From: an uncultured Phenylobacterium sp.
Lineage (GTDB): Bacteria; Pseudomonadota; Alphaproteobacteria; Caulobacterales; Caulobacteraceae
Assembly: GCA_964419395.1 (NCBI GenBank)
Contig: CAYQPL010000001.1
Location: forward strand, 1 to 62,919
Length of the DNA stretch: 62,919 nucleotides
Direction of reading: 5' to 3'
Part shown: piece after piece, positions 18,125 through 28,083 of the stretch
Layout of the letters: every line of letters starts with the position of its first letter
Position numbering within the stretch: position 1 is the stretch's first letter
Made by a program: the position numbers and the translations under genes
The notes under the pieces: generated by a model
What the model saw: the letters and a program-made list of their open reading frames with translations, nothing else
Databases searched by the model: none
Told to the model about the DNA's origin: nothing

Positions 18125-20681
18125 TGTAGCGGTCCCAGGTCCCGTAGTGCTCGCGACTGCGCGGGCCGCGGGGAAGGCTCAATCCGACAAGCGCCAGGCC
18201 TGCAATGACGCCGGCGACGTTCGCCGCGGTTTCGCCGCCCGCGAGAATCCAGGGGGCGATCACCAACCACGCCCCGAAGGCCGCATTGACGAAGCGCAGC
18301 GGGCGAGCCACCTCTGCCATCGCGATCACCGCCGTCGTGACCACCAGGGCGCCGACGAGATGGTCGCTGTCGGCCAGAGGCGGAACAGTTCCGAGGGTGA
18401 CGCGCGACAACATCAGCCAGAGCCCGATCAGAGCACTGGCCAACAGGGTCCATGGAAGGTTTACGCCGCGGGCCGCGGACGCCAGGGTTGCTGCGAATGC
18501 GCCGCCGAAGCCCGGATGCTTGTCGACGCCGCCGCCCGGCAGGGCGTCGCCGCGGAAGAAGGCGCGCCAGAACGGCCGACCCCGACGGGTGTTGAGGACC
18601 AGGAACTGTCCCATGGCGACGAGTTCGTCGAGCGCGAACGGGATCATGATCAGCATGGCCAGAGCCGCCGCAAGACAAATTGTGCAGTAGGTGCCGATAG
18701 CGATCGGCTGGATGATGATGAAGTAAATGCTGATCACACCGAGCGGCACGACGACGATGCCGAACAGCAGCACCATCCAGGGCATGGTGCGCCATCGCGC
18801 TCGCCCGCCCATGACCCCCATCAGAATCTCGGCCATGTAGCTCATGGCGCCGACGCCGCCGTCCGCCACGGGCCAGGCCTTGGACACGTCGGAGGTGATG
18901 ATGAACTCCGTTCCGTTGCGCGTGGCGTCGCCGGCGAAGAACGGTTCCCAAACCGCGTCGACATGACCCAGCTGGTAGGCCGTCAAAATGCGCGCGAGCA
19001 CGAAACCGACCGCGCCGAGGACGATGATCGGCATGCGCTGGACATAGGTGGACGGGCAGTAGCTCCAGCCGGGAGGGACGTCGGTCTCGTCCATCATCCC
19101 TTCCATGCTCATCCCCGGCATCATGGGCACGAGCAGGGTCAAGGCGATGACCAGGGCGCCGACGAGGGTGTCGTTAGCGTACACCGCGGTGCTGGGAGTC
19201 CAGAAGACCAGCGGCGCGGCCAGCAGCCAGACGCCGAGGCAGGCGTTGACCCATTGGGCCCAGCCGTTCCGCGGCGAGATTGAGAAGGCCGCGAACAGCA
19301 TGATCAGGCCGCCGCAGATCACGTCGTTCCAGGCGGTCAGGAGGCTGCGCGCCGCCGGATCCCAGAGGTTCCGGTCGGCCGTCACCCTGGTCACGGCGCT
19401 GGAGAATTCGGATTGCCCGAAGGTTCCGAAGACGAAGGGCGCGGTGGCCAGCCAGAGGCCCAGGCCCATGGTGAGCCAGTGCACCCACAGCATCTGGAAG
19501 TGCATGCCGCGCATGCCCTCCGCGTGCTCGCGCATCATCGTCTGATGCTCCGCCGTCGACATGCCGTGCGGCTCCGCTGCGGCCTTCTCGACCTTGTCCC
19601 CCGCAATTCGAGCTGCGTTCAGCTTGTTGGCCTTGTACCAGGCGTAGGGATCGGCCTTGAGGCGCTCCACCATGCCCGGCAGCTGCTCGCGCAAGCTGTG
19701 TTGCGGCTCCCAGCCAAGCAGCGTCCGCGCCCGCGACAGGTCGAGCTCATAGTGATCGTCGGAGATCTCGACCATCCAGGGGCGGATGAAGGCGTCCTCC
19801 CCCAGAACCTCGTTCTCGACCCAGGCGCCAGCCTTGGCGGCGGGTTTGGGAATGGAACGGGTTTCCCAGATTTCATGGTGGATGAGCCGACCGAGCGTGC
19901 GCTGGATCTCGTCGTAGCTCATGACATCGGTCTCGCCGAGGAGGAGCGGCGCCACCGGCGGCAGGGCTGCGCGGCGATCGACGATCCTCAGAACGGCGTC
20001 GGTCAGATCCTCGAGATGCAGGAAGGGCTGCCCGGTCGAAAGATCGCCCGGGTAGACCTTGGCGGAGAACCGCTTCTCGCAAATGCGCGCGATCTGTTGC
20101 GCGAGAAACGCCGAGTGGCCCCCGTCGTCGTAAACGCCCGCCGGCCTCAACAACACCGCCGGAATTGCGCCGCGCTGGTCTCGGGTCAGCTGTTCGGTGC
20201 GGATCTTGGAGTCGCGGTAGGGTAAGGACGGCTCGATCGGCGCGTCCTCGTCGATCGGCCGTCCTGGCGTCGTCGGAGCATGGACCAGCATGGTGCTGGC
20301 GAAGACGAATTGCTCCAGTTGAAAGGTCTTGAGCTCCGTCAGCAGCCGTTCCGTGCCTTCGACGGTGACGGTCTCGTACTTTTCGTTCGGCTCCCCGGTA
20401 AGGTCGAAGTAGGCGGCCAGGTGAATCACCGAAGCGATCTTGTCGCCATAGGCCATGCGAACCCGTCGGAACGCCGCACGCACGCTCGCGTCGTCGGTGA
20501 GGTCGATGCAGATGCACTCGGCCTCCGCTGGAGGGTGCGGTGGCACGTCGCGATCGAAGCCGACCACGCAATAGCGCTCGGCAAGCCGCTCGACGAGCGC
20601 AGAGCCGATGAAGCCACTCGACCCTGTGACGATCACGACGTCTCTCGGGGAGATTGCTGGTTTGCCGGCGGCAAGGCTCAT
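18117..20681 (-). CDS. NAD-dependent epimerase / SPW-repeat / vitamin K epoxide reductase (VKOR) fusion protein
   Basis: TGSSGFIG Rossmann motif, YxxxK (YRDSK), multiple TM helices, VKOR-type YCTIC. Confidence 0.85.
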   Translation of the reverse strand: MSLAAGKPAISPRDVVIVTGSSGFIGSALVERLAERYCVVGFDRDVPPHPPAEAECICIDLTDDASVRAAFRRVRMAYGDKIASVIHLAAYFDLTGEPNEKYETVTVEGTERLLTELKTFQLEQFVFASTMLVHAPTTPGRPIDEDAPIEPSLPYRDSKIRTEQLTRDQRGAIPAVLLRPAGVYDDGGHSAFLAQQIARICEKRFSAKVYPGDLSTGQPFLHLEDLTDAVLRIVDRRAALPPVAPLLLGETDVMSYDEIQRTLGRLIHHEIWETRSIPKPAAKAGAWVENEVLGEDAFIRPWMVEISDDHYELDLSRARTLLGWEPQHSLREQLPGMVERLKADPYAWYKANKLNAARIAGDKVEKAAAEPHGMSTAEHQTMMREHAEGMRGMHFQMLWVHWLTMGLGLWLATAPFVFGTFGQSEFSSAVTRVTADRNLWDPAARSLLTAWNDVICGGLIMLFAAFSISPRNGWAQWVNACLGVWLLAAPLVFWTPSTAVYANDTLVGALVIALTLLVPMMPGMSMEGMMDETDVPPGWSYCPSTYVQRMPIIVLGAVGFVLARILTAYQLGHVDAVWEPFFAGDATRNGTEFIITSDVSKAWPVADGGVGAMSYMAEILMGVMGGRARWRTMPWMVLLFGIVVVPLGVISIYFIIIQPIAIGTYCTICLAAALAMLIMIPFALDELVAMGQFLVLNTRRGRPFWRAFFRGDALPGGGVDKHPGFGGAFAATLASAARGVNLPWTLLASALIGLWLMLSRVTLGTVPPLADSDHLVGALVVTTAVIAMAEVARPLRFVNAAFGAWLVIAPWILAGGETAANVAGVIAGLALVGLSLPRGPRSREHYGTWDRYIV

Positions 20682-20945
20682 CTAGACGGCCATCGCGGAT
20701 CTTTCATCGGGCGCTCCGGCGTGCACAGGCCCCCTTCACGACCGACGAAGCTCCCGATCTCCACCACATTGCGCCCTAGCCGTTCATATCCCCATCACGC
20801 GCATCGGGCGGCCGTCACTCCCTCGGATACGCCGGCTTCTCCGGTGACGTTATGGCAGCCCGTCGAGCTAAGCTGTGAGACCTCGCGTCCAGCACGCAGA
20901 TGCGACGACGGCGTTCCACCGCCGCCGTCGCGACTCTACCTGCGC

Positions 20946-20970
20946 AACTCACCACCCCCGCTGAGGTTCC
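20946..20970 (-). promoter_or_regulatory. Candidate EcfG/SigT promoter upstream of the VKOR-GH15 operon
   Basis: Minus strand GGAAC-N16-AGTT, about 265 bp from the ATG. Confidence 0.4.
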
Positions 20971-21059
20971 CTTCGACGGGATCAAGTGAAGACCGTTCGA
21001 CGTTGCAGTTATTCAGCCTGCGCCTCTGCTTCAGCCGCGTTCGATCAGACAAGACGATA

Positions 21060-22076
21060 TTGCCTGCATTCTCCAAAACCTCACTGCAGCCAGGCCGCCC
21101 CGTCGTGGTCGTAACGGGCGCCTCCGCCGGCGTCGGGCGCGCCACGGCGATCGCCTTTGCGCTCCGCGGATGGGCCGTCGCGCTGCTGGCCCGAAGTGGG
21201 CCGGGCCTTGAGGGCGCGCGACAGGATGTTGAGACCGCCGGCGGCGAGGCCCTGGTGATCACTGTCGACGTCGCCGATGCCGCCGCAGTGGCGCATGCCG
21301 CCGATCAGGTCGTCGAAAGTTGGGGCCGGATTGACGTCTGGGTGAACAACGCGATGGCCACAGTATTCGGGCCGGCCGACGAGATTCCGTCGGAGGAGTT
21401 CCTCCGGGTGACACAGGTCACCTATCTCGGCGCCGTCCATGGCTCGCTCGCTGCGCTGAAGCACATGCGCAGCGCCGATCACGGCGTCATCGTGCAGGTG
21501 GGATCGGCCCTGGCCTACCGGGCCATCCCACTTCAGGCGCCCTACTGCGGCGCCAAGTTCGCCGTGCGGGGCTTCACCGATTCTCTTCGCTGCGAACTCC
21601 GCCGGCAAGGCAGCCGCGTCAGCCTAGCCATGGTCCAGCTGCCGGCCGTCAACACCCCGCAGTTCGACTGGTCGCGAACGCACATGCTCCACCGCCACCG
21701 GCCGGTTGGCCAAGTCTATCAACCCGAGGCCGTTGCCGAGAAGATCGTGCGTGCGGCGACCTCCCGCACGCGCGAGATATGGCTCGGGTGGACCACCATC
21801 CAGGCGATCCTGGGCGGTATGATCGTGCCGAACTCGCTGGATCAGTATCTCGCCAGAACCGCCTACGATCCGCAAATCGCCAAGGAAACGAGCGCCACTG
21901 GACCTGACATCCTGTTCGGTCCGATATCAGAGGATCGAGGCCCGCGCGGCCGGTTCGGCCAGACGGCCAAGTCCCGCGTGGCGGCCTTTGATCCCCGGGT
22001 TGTTCGCATAGCCTTCGCCACAGTCTTGCTGCTTGCCGCTTTCTTCCTGGGATGGGTGGCGGGCAACGTCATGTAA
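21060..22076 (+). CDS. SDR-family oxidoreductase (start approximate)
   Basis: TGASAGVG, WVNNA, YCGAK, VNTPQF; 3' part of ORF 20280..22076. Confidence 0.85.
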   Translation: MPAFSKTSLQPGRPVVVVTGASAGVGRATAIAFALRGWAVALLARSGPGLEGARQDVETAGGEALVITVDVADAAAVAHAADQVVESWGRIDVWVNNAMATVFGPADEIPSEEFLRVTQVTYLGAVHGSLAALKHMRSADHGVIVQVGSALAYRAIPLQAPYCGAKFAVRGFTDSLRCELRRQGSRVSLAMVQLPAVNTPQFDWSRTHMLHRHRPVGQVYQPEAVAEKIVRAATSRTREIWLGWTTIQAILGGMIVPNSLDQYLARTAYDPQIAKETSATGPDILFGPISEDRGPRGRFGQTAKSRVAAFDPRVVRIAFATVLLLAAFFLGWVAGNVM

Positions 22077-22178
22077 GACGAGCCGCCGGACAATCGGGCC
22101 GTCGATCGAGCTCGAGTCGGGTCAAACTTGGGGACCGCCTCTCTCTCAGGAGCCTCTCACATGCGACGGCTCCCCGCC

Positions 22179-22628
22179 TCAGCCGTGGCGGGCGAACACC
22201 CGCGTCTTGCCGCCCGGCAGCAGAAGCAGCGTCTGGTAGGGCTCCTTGCGTCCGTCAGGCATCTCCATGCCGGGGGAGCCCAGCGGCATGCCCGGCACGG
22301 TGATGCCCAGCGCCTTCGGCCGCTCTTTCAGAAGGCGACCGACATCAGCGGCCGGGACGTGGCCCACGACCACGTAGCCGCCGACCGTGGCGAGGTGACA
22401 GGATGAGAGCTCGAACGGAACGCCATGACGCTTTCCGATCGGCGTGATGTCTTCGACGTTGACCACCTTCGGCCGATAGCCCGCCCGGGTCATGATCGTG
22501 ATCCATCCCCTGCAGCATCCACACGACGCGGTCTTGTACACGGTCAAGGGTGGCGGCGCGGCCGCCCAGGCGTGCGGCGCCGCCAGGACGGCCGCTGTGG
22601 CGGCAAGCAGGTTGCGGCGAAGGATCAT
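22179..22628 (-). CDS. copG: DUF411 / CopG-like periplasmic metal-binding protein
   Basis: Twin-Arg-like signal; SCGCC, SSCH, GHVPA, PGMPLGSPGME. Confidence 0.85.
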   Translation of the reverse strand: MILRRNLLAATAAVLAAPHAWAAAPPPLTVYKTASCGCCRGWITIMTRAGYRPKVVNVEDITPIGKRHGVPFELSSCHLATVGGYVVVGHVPAADVGRLLKERPKALGITVPGMPLGSPGMEMPDGRKEPYQTLLLLPGGKTRVFARHG

Positions 22629-22648
22629 CGAATATCAGCCTCCAAGGG

Positions 22649-22894
22649 TCAGCGCCGACCGCCGCAACAGGTCGCATTCGCGGCCGGCGCAGCCTTCCCA
22701 GCCTCCTGCGGGGTGTAGCCCGCCTCCCGAATAGCATCGCGCACAGCCAAGTCGGCGGCGGTCGTCGCGACCTCCAGCGACTTGCTCGGCAGATCTATGG
22801 CGATCTGGGCGGCCGGGTCGACGCCCTTCACCGCCGCGGTGATCGCCTGCACGCAATGGCCGCAGCTCATGTCGTCCACTTGATAGCGAAGCAT
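22649..22894 (-). CDS. copZ: Copper chaperone (HMA domain)
   Basis: MSCGHC; EAGY; C-terminal CCG. Confidence 0.88.
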   Translation of the reverse strand: MLRYQVDDMSCGHCVQAITAAVKGVDPAAQIAIDLPSKSLEVATTAADLAVRDAIREAGYTPQEAGKAAPAANATCCGGRR

Positions 22895-22924
22895 GGAAAC
22901 CTCCTGGTCAAAGCCTCGCCTCGA

Positions 22925-22955
22925 CAGGTGGGGCTTCCAACGATGGGAAGGTCAA
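22925..22955 (-). promoter_or_regulatory. CueR box/promoter for copZ-copG
   Basis: Minus strand TTGACCTTCCCATCGTTGGAAG. Confidence 0.85.
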
Positions 22956-22968
22956 GACGCCGGCGAGC

Positions 22969-23466
22969 CTAAAGGCGCTCGAGGATCGCCTTCATCTGAT
23001 TTATTTCCCGGGTCTGCGACTCGATGATGCCGCCGGGGCCGTAGCAGAGGGCGCGCAGCTCGGGATCCCTAAGCGAGGCTTCCTTGCACATCAGCAAGGC
23101 CCCCGAATGGTGCGGGATCATCGACTGCACGAACTGGCGGTCGCCGACCAGGCCCTGCGCCCGGATGCCGATCAACGAGAGCAAGAAGATTGCGGCGAAG
23201 GCGACGTGCAAGGCCGCGTTCAGCTTGGCGTTCATGTACATGGACTTCATCGTCAACAACATGATGATGGCCATAGGAGCCCACATCACGAGCGCCATGT
23301 AGAAGAAGTTGATGTTCTGGATGAATTCGCCCCAACTGAATATCATCGTGAACATGGCGAAATACATGATCGCCAGGCTCAGAGCGAGATTGATGGCAAG
23401 CATCACATAGTGACGCCGCCCCTCCTTCGCGCTCATGCCGGACACGGCGTGGTCTGCGTCTTTCAT
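22969..23466 (-). CDS. Membrane-anchored DUF305 (CopM-like) Met-rich protein
   Basis: Three TM helices then FVQSMIPHHSGALLMC and IIESQTREINQM. Confidence 0.8.
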   Translation of the reverse strand: MKDADHAVSGMSAKEGRRHYVMLAINLALSLAIMYFAMFTMIFSWGEFIQNINFFYMALVMWAPMAIIMLLTMKSMYMNAKLNAALHVAFAAIFLLSLIGIRAQGLVGDRQFVQSMIPHHSGALLMCKEASLRDPELRALCYGPGGIIESQTREINQMKAILERL

Positions 23467-23599
23467 GTCAGCCTCCTGAGAGATTTCGCCCCCCGACGAC
23501 TGCAGGCCCAGCGTCCAACGTCGGGGAACGCTTGAGCTCAGACATGACCACGCCCTGGCGCGACGCCGCGGCGCGCCGGACGCTCATCCTGTCCACGAC

Positions 23600-24685
23600 C
23601 TAAAACCATGCGCGCAGGCCGACGACGAAACGCGTGCTCTCCGCGTCTTCCCCGTGGGCGCGCACGAAGTCCGCGGTGTCGCCGAACGCGCGCTCGTAGG
23701 AGACCCCGATGTAAGGGGCGAACTCCCGGCGGATCTCGTAGCGAAGCCGCACGCCGAGTTCGCCAGTCGACAGGCCCGAACCGATCTGGCTTTCAGGAAT
23801 GTCCTGGGCCGCAAACTCGAGTTCCGCCCGCGGCTGCAGGATGAGCCGCTGCGTCAGGCGGAAATCGTAGCTGCCCTCGACGCGAGCGAGCAGATCGCCC
23901 TTCTCGGACAGGAACAGCGAACCTTCGGCCTCGAACCAGTACGGGAACATCGCGTCCACAGCGAGCGTCGCGTAGGCGCGCGAGCGCGGCTCCAGGTCGT
24001 AACGGATGCCGGCCTGCACGTCCGTGTAGCGGGCGACCGCGCGAGAATAGAGGAACTGCACCTCCGCAGCTTCCACCCCTTCGCGTGATTGACCTTCGCC
24101 CTCGGTCTTGAAGACGAACCGATTGATGTCGCCGCCGTACCAGCCTTCGACCTCCCAGCTGTAGCGGTCGCCGTTCGGCGCCCACTCCAGGAGATCCGCC
24201 TGGAGCTTGGAGACGCGCGAGCCCCCGTGCTCGTCCGCGAGAATCCCTCGGGCGCGCTGCATCCGCCCCGACCCGAAGACCTGATCGGCCACATTGTCGG
24301 TGATCACGGCCGGCGCCGGCGCATTGCCGACGGGCAAGTCGGCCGCAGTCTGGCCGCCTTCCATCGGCGCCATCGTGTGTCCCGCGTGGGGATCCGCTGG
24401 GGCCGGCATGGCGTGCCCGGCATGGGGGTCCGCGGGCGCTGCTGAGGCTTCGGAGCCTTGGGTCGGCTGCGATGGGCTCGAGGCCTTCGGCTCCGGCATC
24501 GCGTGGCCGGCATGGGGGTCGGCCGACGGCTTCGGCGCGGCGGGCATGGCGTGGCCTGCGTGCGGATCCGTGGGCCCCGCGGGCTGCGCCGGCATCGCGT
24601 GAGCGGCGTGAGGATCAGCGGCCTGGGCGACGGCGGCTGTGGCCGAGCTGGCCAGCGCCAGCGCTAGGAGGGAGGTCCGGATCAT
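23600..24685 (-). CDS. copB: Outer-membrane copper resistance protein B
   Basis: Signal peptide; repeated DPHAGHAM; GWYGGD; RLRYEIRREFAPYIG; terminal RAWF. Confidence 0.93.
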   Translation of the reverse strand: MIRTSLLALALASSATAAVAQAADPHAAHAMPAQPAGPTDPHAGHAMPAAPKPSADPHAGHAMPEPKASSPSQPTQGSEASAAPADPHAGHAMPAPADPHAGHTMAPMEGGQTAADLPVGNAPAPAVITDNVADQVFGSGRMQRARGILADEHGGSRVSKLQADLLEWAPNGDRYSWEVEGWYGGDINRFVFKTEGEGQSREGVEAAEVQFLYSRAVARYTDVQAGIRYDLEPRSRAYATLAVDAMFPYWFEAEGSLFLSEKGDLLARVEGSYDFRLTQRLILQPRAELEFAAQDIPESQIGSGLSTGELGVRLRYEIRREFAPYIGVSYERAFGDTADFVRAHGEDAESTRFVVGLRAWF

Positions 24686-26541
24686 GCCGCCGCTCCTTCG
24701 ACCGGACGCACCTTGAAGACTTGGAACATGCCCGCGTGCATGTGGTAGAGCATGTGGCAGTGGAAGGCCCAGTCACCGCCCTCGGCGGTGAAATCGAACG
24801 ATACCTTGCCGCCCGGCATCACGTTCACCGTATGTTTCCGCGGCAGATGGCCGACCGGCCCATGCACCAGCTCGAAGAAATGGCCGTGCAAGTGGATGGG
24901 GTGCGTCATCATCGAGTCGTTGATGAGGGTGACGCGCACGCGCTCACCGGCTCGGAAGGAATAGGCCGGCGGATTCTCGCTGAATTTCCACCCGTCGAAG
25001 CCCCAGATGAACCGCTCCATGTTGCCGGTGAGATGGATGTCCATCGCGCGATCCGGCGGCCTCGGGTCGGGGTTGGGGTCCAGGGCGATGAGGTCCTTGT
25101 AGACCAGCACCCGATGGCCGACGCTTTCCAGCCCAAGGCCGGGATCGCCGGTGCGATCCATCGGCATGGGCGCGATCATCTGCACGCCTGGCCCCTTCTT
25201 GATTTGAGGAGCCTTTGACCAGTCCAGCATGTTCATTTCCATGCCGCCCATGTCGCCCATCACATCCGAGCCACGCTGGCGCGGCGGAGCCATGCCGGGC
25301 GGCGGCGCGGCCGCCGCCATGCCCGGCATCGCGCCGTGATCCATCCCCGGCATGCTGGAGTGGTCCATCCCAGGCATCTGCGAATGGTCCATCCCGGACA
25401 TGGCCCCGTGCGCGGACATGTCCATGCCCATGTCCTTCATGGTCAGGATGGGCCGCTCACGTAGCGGCGGCACGGCCGCGCTCATCCCGGCGCGGGGCGC
25501 CAGGGTCGCCCGGCCCATGCCGGAGCGGTCGATCGCCTCCGAAACAATCGTGTAGGCGCGATCCTCGGTCGGCTGGACGATCACGTCGTAGGTCTCGGCG
25601 TTGCCGATCTGGAACTCGTCCACCTCGACGGGACGCACGTTCTGGCCGTCGGCCGCCACGACCGTGAGCTTCAGGCCCGGAATGCGGACGTTGAAGACCA
25701 TCTGCGCCGCGCTGTTGATGAAGCGCAAGCGCACCCGCTCGCCGGGTTTGAAGAGCCCCGTCCAGTTGTCCTTGGGGCCATGACCGTTGACGAGGAAGGT
25801 CATCACCGCGCCGGTGACGTCCGAGATGTCCGTCGGGTCCATGAGCATCTTGGCCCATTCGATCCGTTCGGCCAGCGTCTGGTCCTTGCCCGCAAGCAGG
25901 CCGGCGATCGTCTGGCGCTGATAGTTGAAGACCCCGCCCTGCTGCTTCAGCCGCTTGAAGATCAGGTGCGGGTGCATCTCGCTATGGTCGGCCAGCACCA
26001 GGACGTGCTCGCGGTCGTAAGCGACTGGATCGGGCCCGGCCGGCTCGATGACGATGGGGGCGTAGTGCCCTTCCGCCTCCTGCAGACCCGAGTGGCTGTG
26101 GTACCAGTAGGTGCCCGACTGGATGACCGGGAACTCGTAGACGAAGGTCTCGCCGGGGCGGATCCCAGGAAAGCTGACCCCCGGAACACCATCCATCTGG
26201 AACGGCACCAAGATGCCGTGCCAATGGATCGACGTGTCTTCGTCGAGGGTGTTCGTCACTGCGATCCGGACCCGCTGACCTTCCTTCAGACGAATGAGCG
26301 GCCCGGGGACGGTCCCATTGATCGTCACCGCGTGGCGGCGCTGGCCGTCGATCGTGATCGGCGTGTGGCCGATCGTCAGCTTGATGTCGTCGCCCGAAAG
26401 GGTCGGCAGGGTCGAGGTCAGGCCCGGCGTCGCGCTCTGCGCCCACGCGGGCAGCAGCGTACTGATCGCCGCTCCGCCCCCGAGGATGGCCGCCCCTTTG
26501 ATCAGGGCGCGGCGGTCAAGGTCAGGTCGTGGCCTGGACAT
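24682..26541 (-). CDS. copA: Tat-exported multicopper oxidase CopA/PcoA
   Basis: ATG 26541 (MSRPRPDLDRRALIKG); HWHG, WYHSH, HPIHLHGH, HCHMLYHM; Met-rich MDHSxMPG insert. Confidence 0.95.
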   Translation of the reverse strand: MSRPRPDLDRRALIKGAAILGGGAAISTLLPAWAQSATPGLTSTLPTLSGDDIKLTIGHTPITIDGQRRHAVTINGTVPGPLIRLKEGQRVRIAVTNTLDEDTSIHWHGILVPFQMDGVPGVSFPGIRPGETFVYEFPVIQSGTYWYHSHSGLQEAEGHYAPIVIEPAGPDPVAYDREHVLVLADHSEMHPHLIFKRLKQQGGVFNYQRQTIAGLLAGKDQTLAERIEWAKMLMDPTDISDVTGAVMTFLVNGHGPKDNWTGLFKPGERVRLRFINSAAQMVFNVRIPGLKLTVVAADGQNVRPVEVDEFQIGNAETYDVIVQPTEDRAYTIVSEAIDRSGMGRATLAPRAGMSAAVPPLRERPILTMKDMGMDMSAHGAMSGMDHSQMPGMDHSSMPGMDHGAMPGMAAAAPPPGMAPPRQRGSDVMGDMGGMEMNMLDWSKAPQIKKGPGVQMIAPMPMDRTGDPGLGLESVGHRVLVYKDLIALDPNPDPRPPDRAMDIHLTGNMERFIWGFDGWKFSENPPAYSFRAGERVRVTLINDSMMTHPIHLHGHFFELVHGPVGHLPRKHTVNVMPGGKVSFDFTAEGGDWAFHCHMLYHMHAGMFQVFKVRPVEGAAA

Positions 26542-26572
26542 TCGAAATCCTACGATCGGAACAACAGACGAG

Positions 26573-26603
26573 GTGATGGGGCTTCCCACTGTGGGAAGGT
26601 CAA
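26573..26603 (-). promoter_or_regulatory. CueR box/promoter for copAB
   Basis: Minus strand TTGACC followed by perfect dyad CTTCCCAC-N-GTGGGAAG (26582-26598). Confidence 0.88.
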
Positions 26604-26623
26604 GCGCCCCGCCCACACAAGCT

Positions 26624-26651
26624 CTACGCAGCTCGGGGTCCTCGCCCCTGA
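26624..26651 (-). promoter_or_regulatory. CnrH-type ECF promoter for copAB
   Basis: Minus strand TCAGGGG-N16-CGTAG. Confidence 0.6.
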
Positions 26652-26662
26652 ACTTCTGAGGC

Positions 26663-27235
26663 TTAAATCGCCGAGCGGTCGAGAAGCTCCGCAAGCTGCT
26701 GGCGGGCACGGTAGACGCGCGTCTCTACGGTCTTGACGCTCACCCCCAAAAGCAAGGCCGCCTCCTGCTGGGTGAGCTCGTCGAAATAGGTCAGGAGCAG
26801 CGGCTCCTTGAGCTTGGTCGGCAGGCGGTCGATGGCCTTCTGAACGGCGGCCCGGCGCTGCGCCGAGACGACGGACTCCTCCCCGTCGGGCGCCGGATCC
26901 GCTTGCGCCTGCGCCTCGCTCGATTGGTCGTCCTTCTCGCCCAGGATGAACCGGCGAACCGCCAGGCGGCGGGCGCGATCACGGCACTTGTTGAGGGCGA
27001 TGGCGCGCAGCCAAACCGGGAACGCCCGCCGATCGTCGAAACGCGCGAGCGCCTTCCACGCCGCTACGAAGGTCTCCTGCACGACGTCGACGGCCGCGTC
27101 GGCGTCGCCCACATAACGGCGCACGAAGCCGTACAGCGCAGGCTTGTGCCGCCGCATGAGCGTGGTGAACGCCCGATCCTCCCCGCCCAGGGCGCGCAGG
27201 ACGAGATCGGCGTCCGATTCCTCACCAACCGTCAC
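26663..27235 (-). CDS. ECF sigma factor, CnrH/NccH-like
   Basis: DVVQETF, WLRAIALNKCRD, LTQQEAALLLGVSVKTVETRVYRAR; third gene of a cnrYXH-like triad. Confidence 0.9.
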   Translation of the reverse strand: MTVGEESDADLVLRALGGEDRAFTTLMRRHKPALYGFVRRYVGDADAAVDVVQETFVAAWKALARFDDRRAFPVWLRAIALNKCRDRARRLAVRRFILGEKDDQSSEAQAQADPAPDGEESVVSAQRRAAVQKAIDRLPTKLKEPLLLTYFDELTQQEAALLLGVSVKTVETRVYRARQQLAELLDRSAI

Positions 27236-27672
27236 GGGGTCTGTTCGGTGAGGGCCTCGGCGACGCGTTTGTCGAATTGCGCAGCCTGGTCCGGCGTCAA
27301 CACGGTGCGCATCGCCAGGACGTGCAGGATGGTTTCGTTCTGAAGCGCCCCCATGGCGTCGTGGAAGCGATCCACGGCGGCCTTCACCTCCGGCGAGTAC
27401 TCGTGGCGGACCTGGATGGCCCGGGCGAGCTCGGCGTTCGCCGCTCTCAGTTCGGCCTCTCGCGCGCGGCGCCGGACGGCGAAATCCTGCTCGAGCACGT
27501 CCAGCCGCTTCCGCTGCTCGGCCGACAGCTTCAGTTCTTCATGGACGAATTCATGAAGCGAAGGTTGGTGACGCTGATCGTAGATGTAGCGCGCGCCGAT
27601 CCACGTCCCGCCGGCGGCGGCGATGACGGTCAGGACCAACGTGAGAATAAGCCCTCGGCCGAAGGAGCTCAT
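27232..27672 (-). CDS. Periplasmic heavy-metal sensor, CnrX/NccX-like
   Basis: N-terminal TM; HEFVH, LDVLEQDF and LHVLAMR match the CnrX His/His/Glu/His/Met ligand pattern; VLTPDQ. Confidence 0.85.
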   Translation of the reverse strand: MSSFGRGLILTLVLTVIAAAGGTWIGARYIYDQRHQPSLHEFVHEELKLSAEQRKRLDVLEQDFAVRRRAREAELRAANAELARAIQVRHEYSPEVKAAVDRFHDAMGALQNETILHVLAMRTVLTPDQAAQFDKRVAEALTEQTP

Positions 27673-27962
27673 CCGTGGTGATCCAACAGCGTCGAAGGCG
27701 CCAGTTCCGCCTGAATGGAAAAGGCGGACACCTCCTGGGATTGCGAGGCGACGGCGGCCGCGGTCGCGCCGCCGCTCGCCACGCCCAATCCGAGGGCGCC
27801 GCCGACGGCTGCGGCCCGCACCGCTAAGAGCGTGGGGGCGGCCGCCCGCGCCTGGCGCACGCGCTCGACGCCCTGCCAGACCCTCGACTCCAGCTGCTGA
27901 TAGCCGGCGGGCGTTGGCTCGGATCGAAGCGCTCTCAGTTCGTCATCAAGTCTGTCGTTCAT
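27669..27962 (-). CDS. Small single-TM anti-sigma factor, CnrY-like
   Basis: MNDRLDDELRAL...LESRVW, one TM segment, C-terminal LAPSTLL; ATGA overlap with the sensor gene. Confidence 0.75.
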   Translation of the reverse strand: MNDRLDDELRALRSEPTPAGYQQLESRVWQGVERVRQARAAAPTLLAVRAAAVGGALGLGVASGGATAAAVASQSQEVSAFSIQAELAPSTLLDHHG

Positions 27963-27993
27963 GGCAAACACCCCGACCAATCTGCATGAATCT

Positions 27994-28021
27994 ATACGCA
28001 TGCGCTGCGGCGCGCCCCTCA
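27994..28021 (-). promoter_or_regulatory. CnrH-type ECF promoter (autoregulatory) for the cnrYXH-like operon
   Basis: Minus strand TGAGGGG-N16-CGTAT(A). Confidence 0.8.
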
Positions 28022-28023
28022 AC

Positions 28024-28050
28024 TGAGGGCCGCGCCGGCGCCCTGCGTAT
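28024..28050 (+). promoter_or_regulatory. CnrH-type ECF promoter for the acyltransferase
   Basis: TGAGGGC-N15-CGTAT, back-to-back with the previous promoter (2-bp gap). Confidence 0.7.
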
Positions 28051-28083
28051 CCCGCATAGAGGTCGGGATATGGGGGCGCTGCA

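Noticed and set aside
20827-20853. Minus-strand ATAACG-N16-CGTAT upstream of the VKOR fusion
   Set aside because: The -10 matches the ECF motif but the -35 lacks GAGGG; it only weakly resembles another ECF class, so it was not counted.
24370-24620. Repeated DPHAGHAM units in copB (and MDHSxMPG units in copA) as a possible array
   Set aside because: These are in-frame Cu-binding peptide repeats typical of CopB/CopA, not CRISPR or non-coding repeats.
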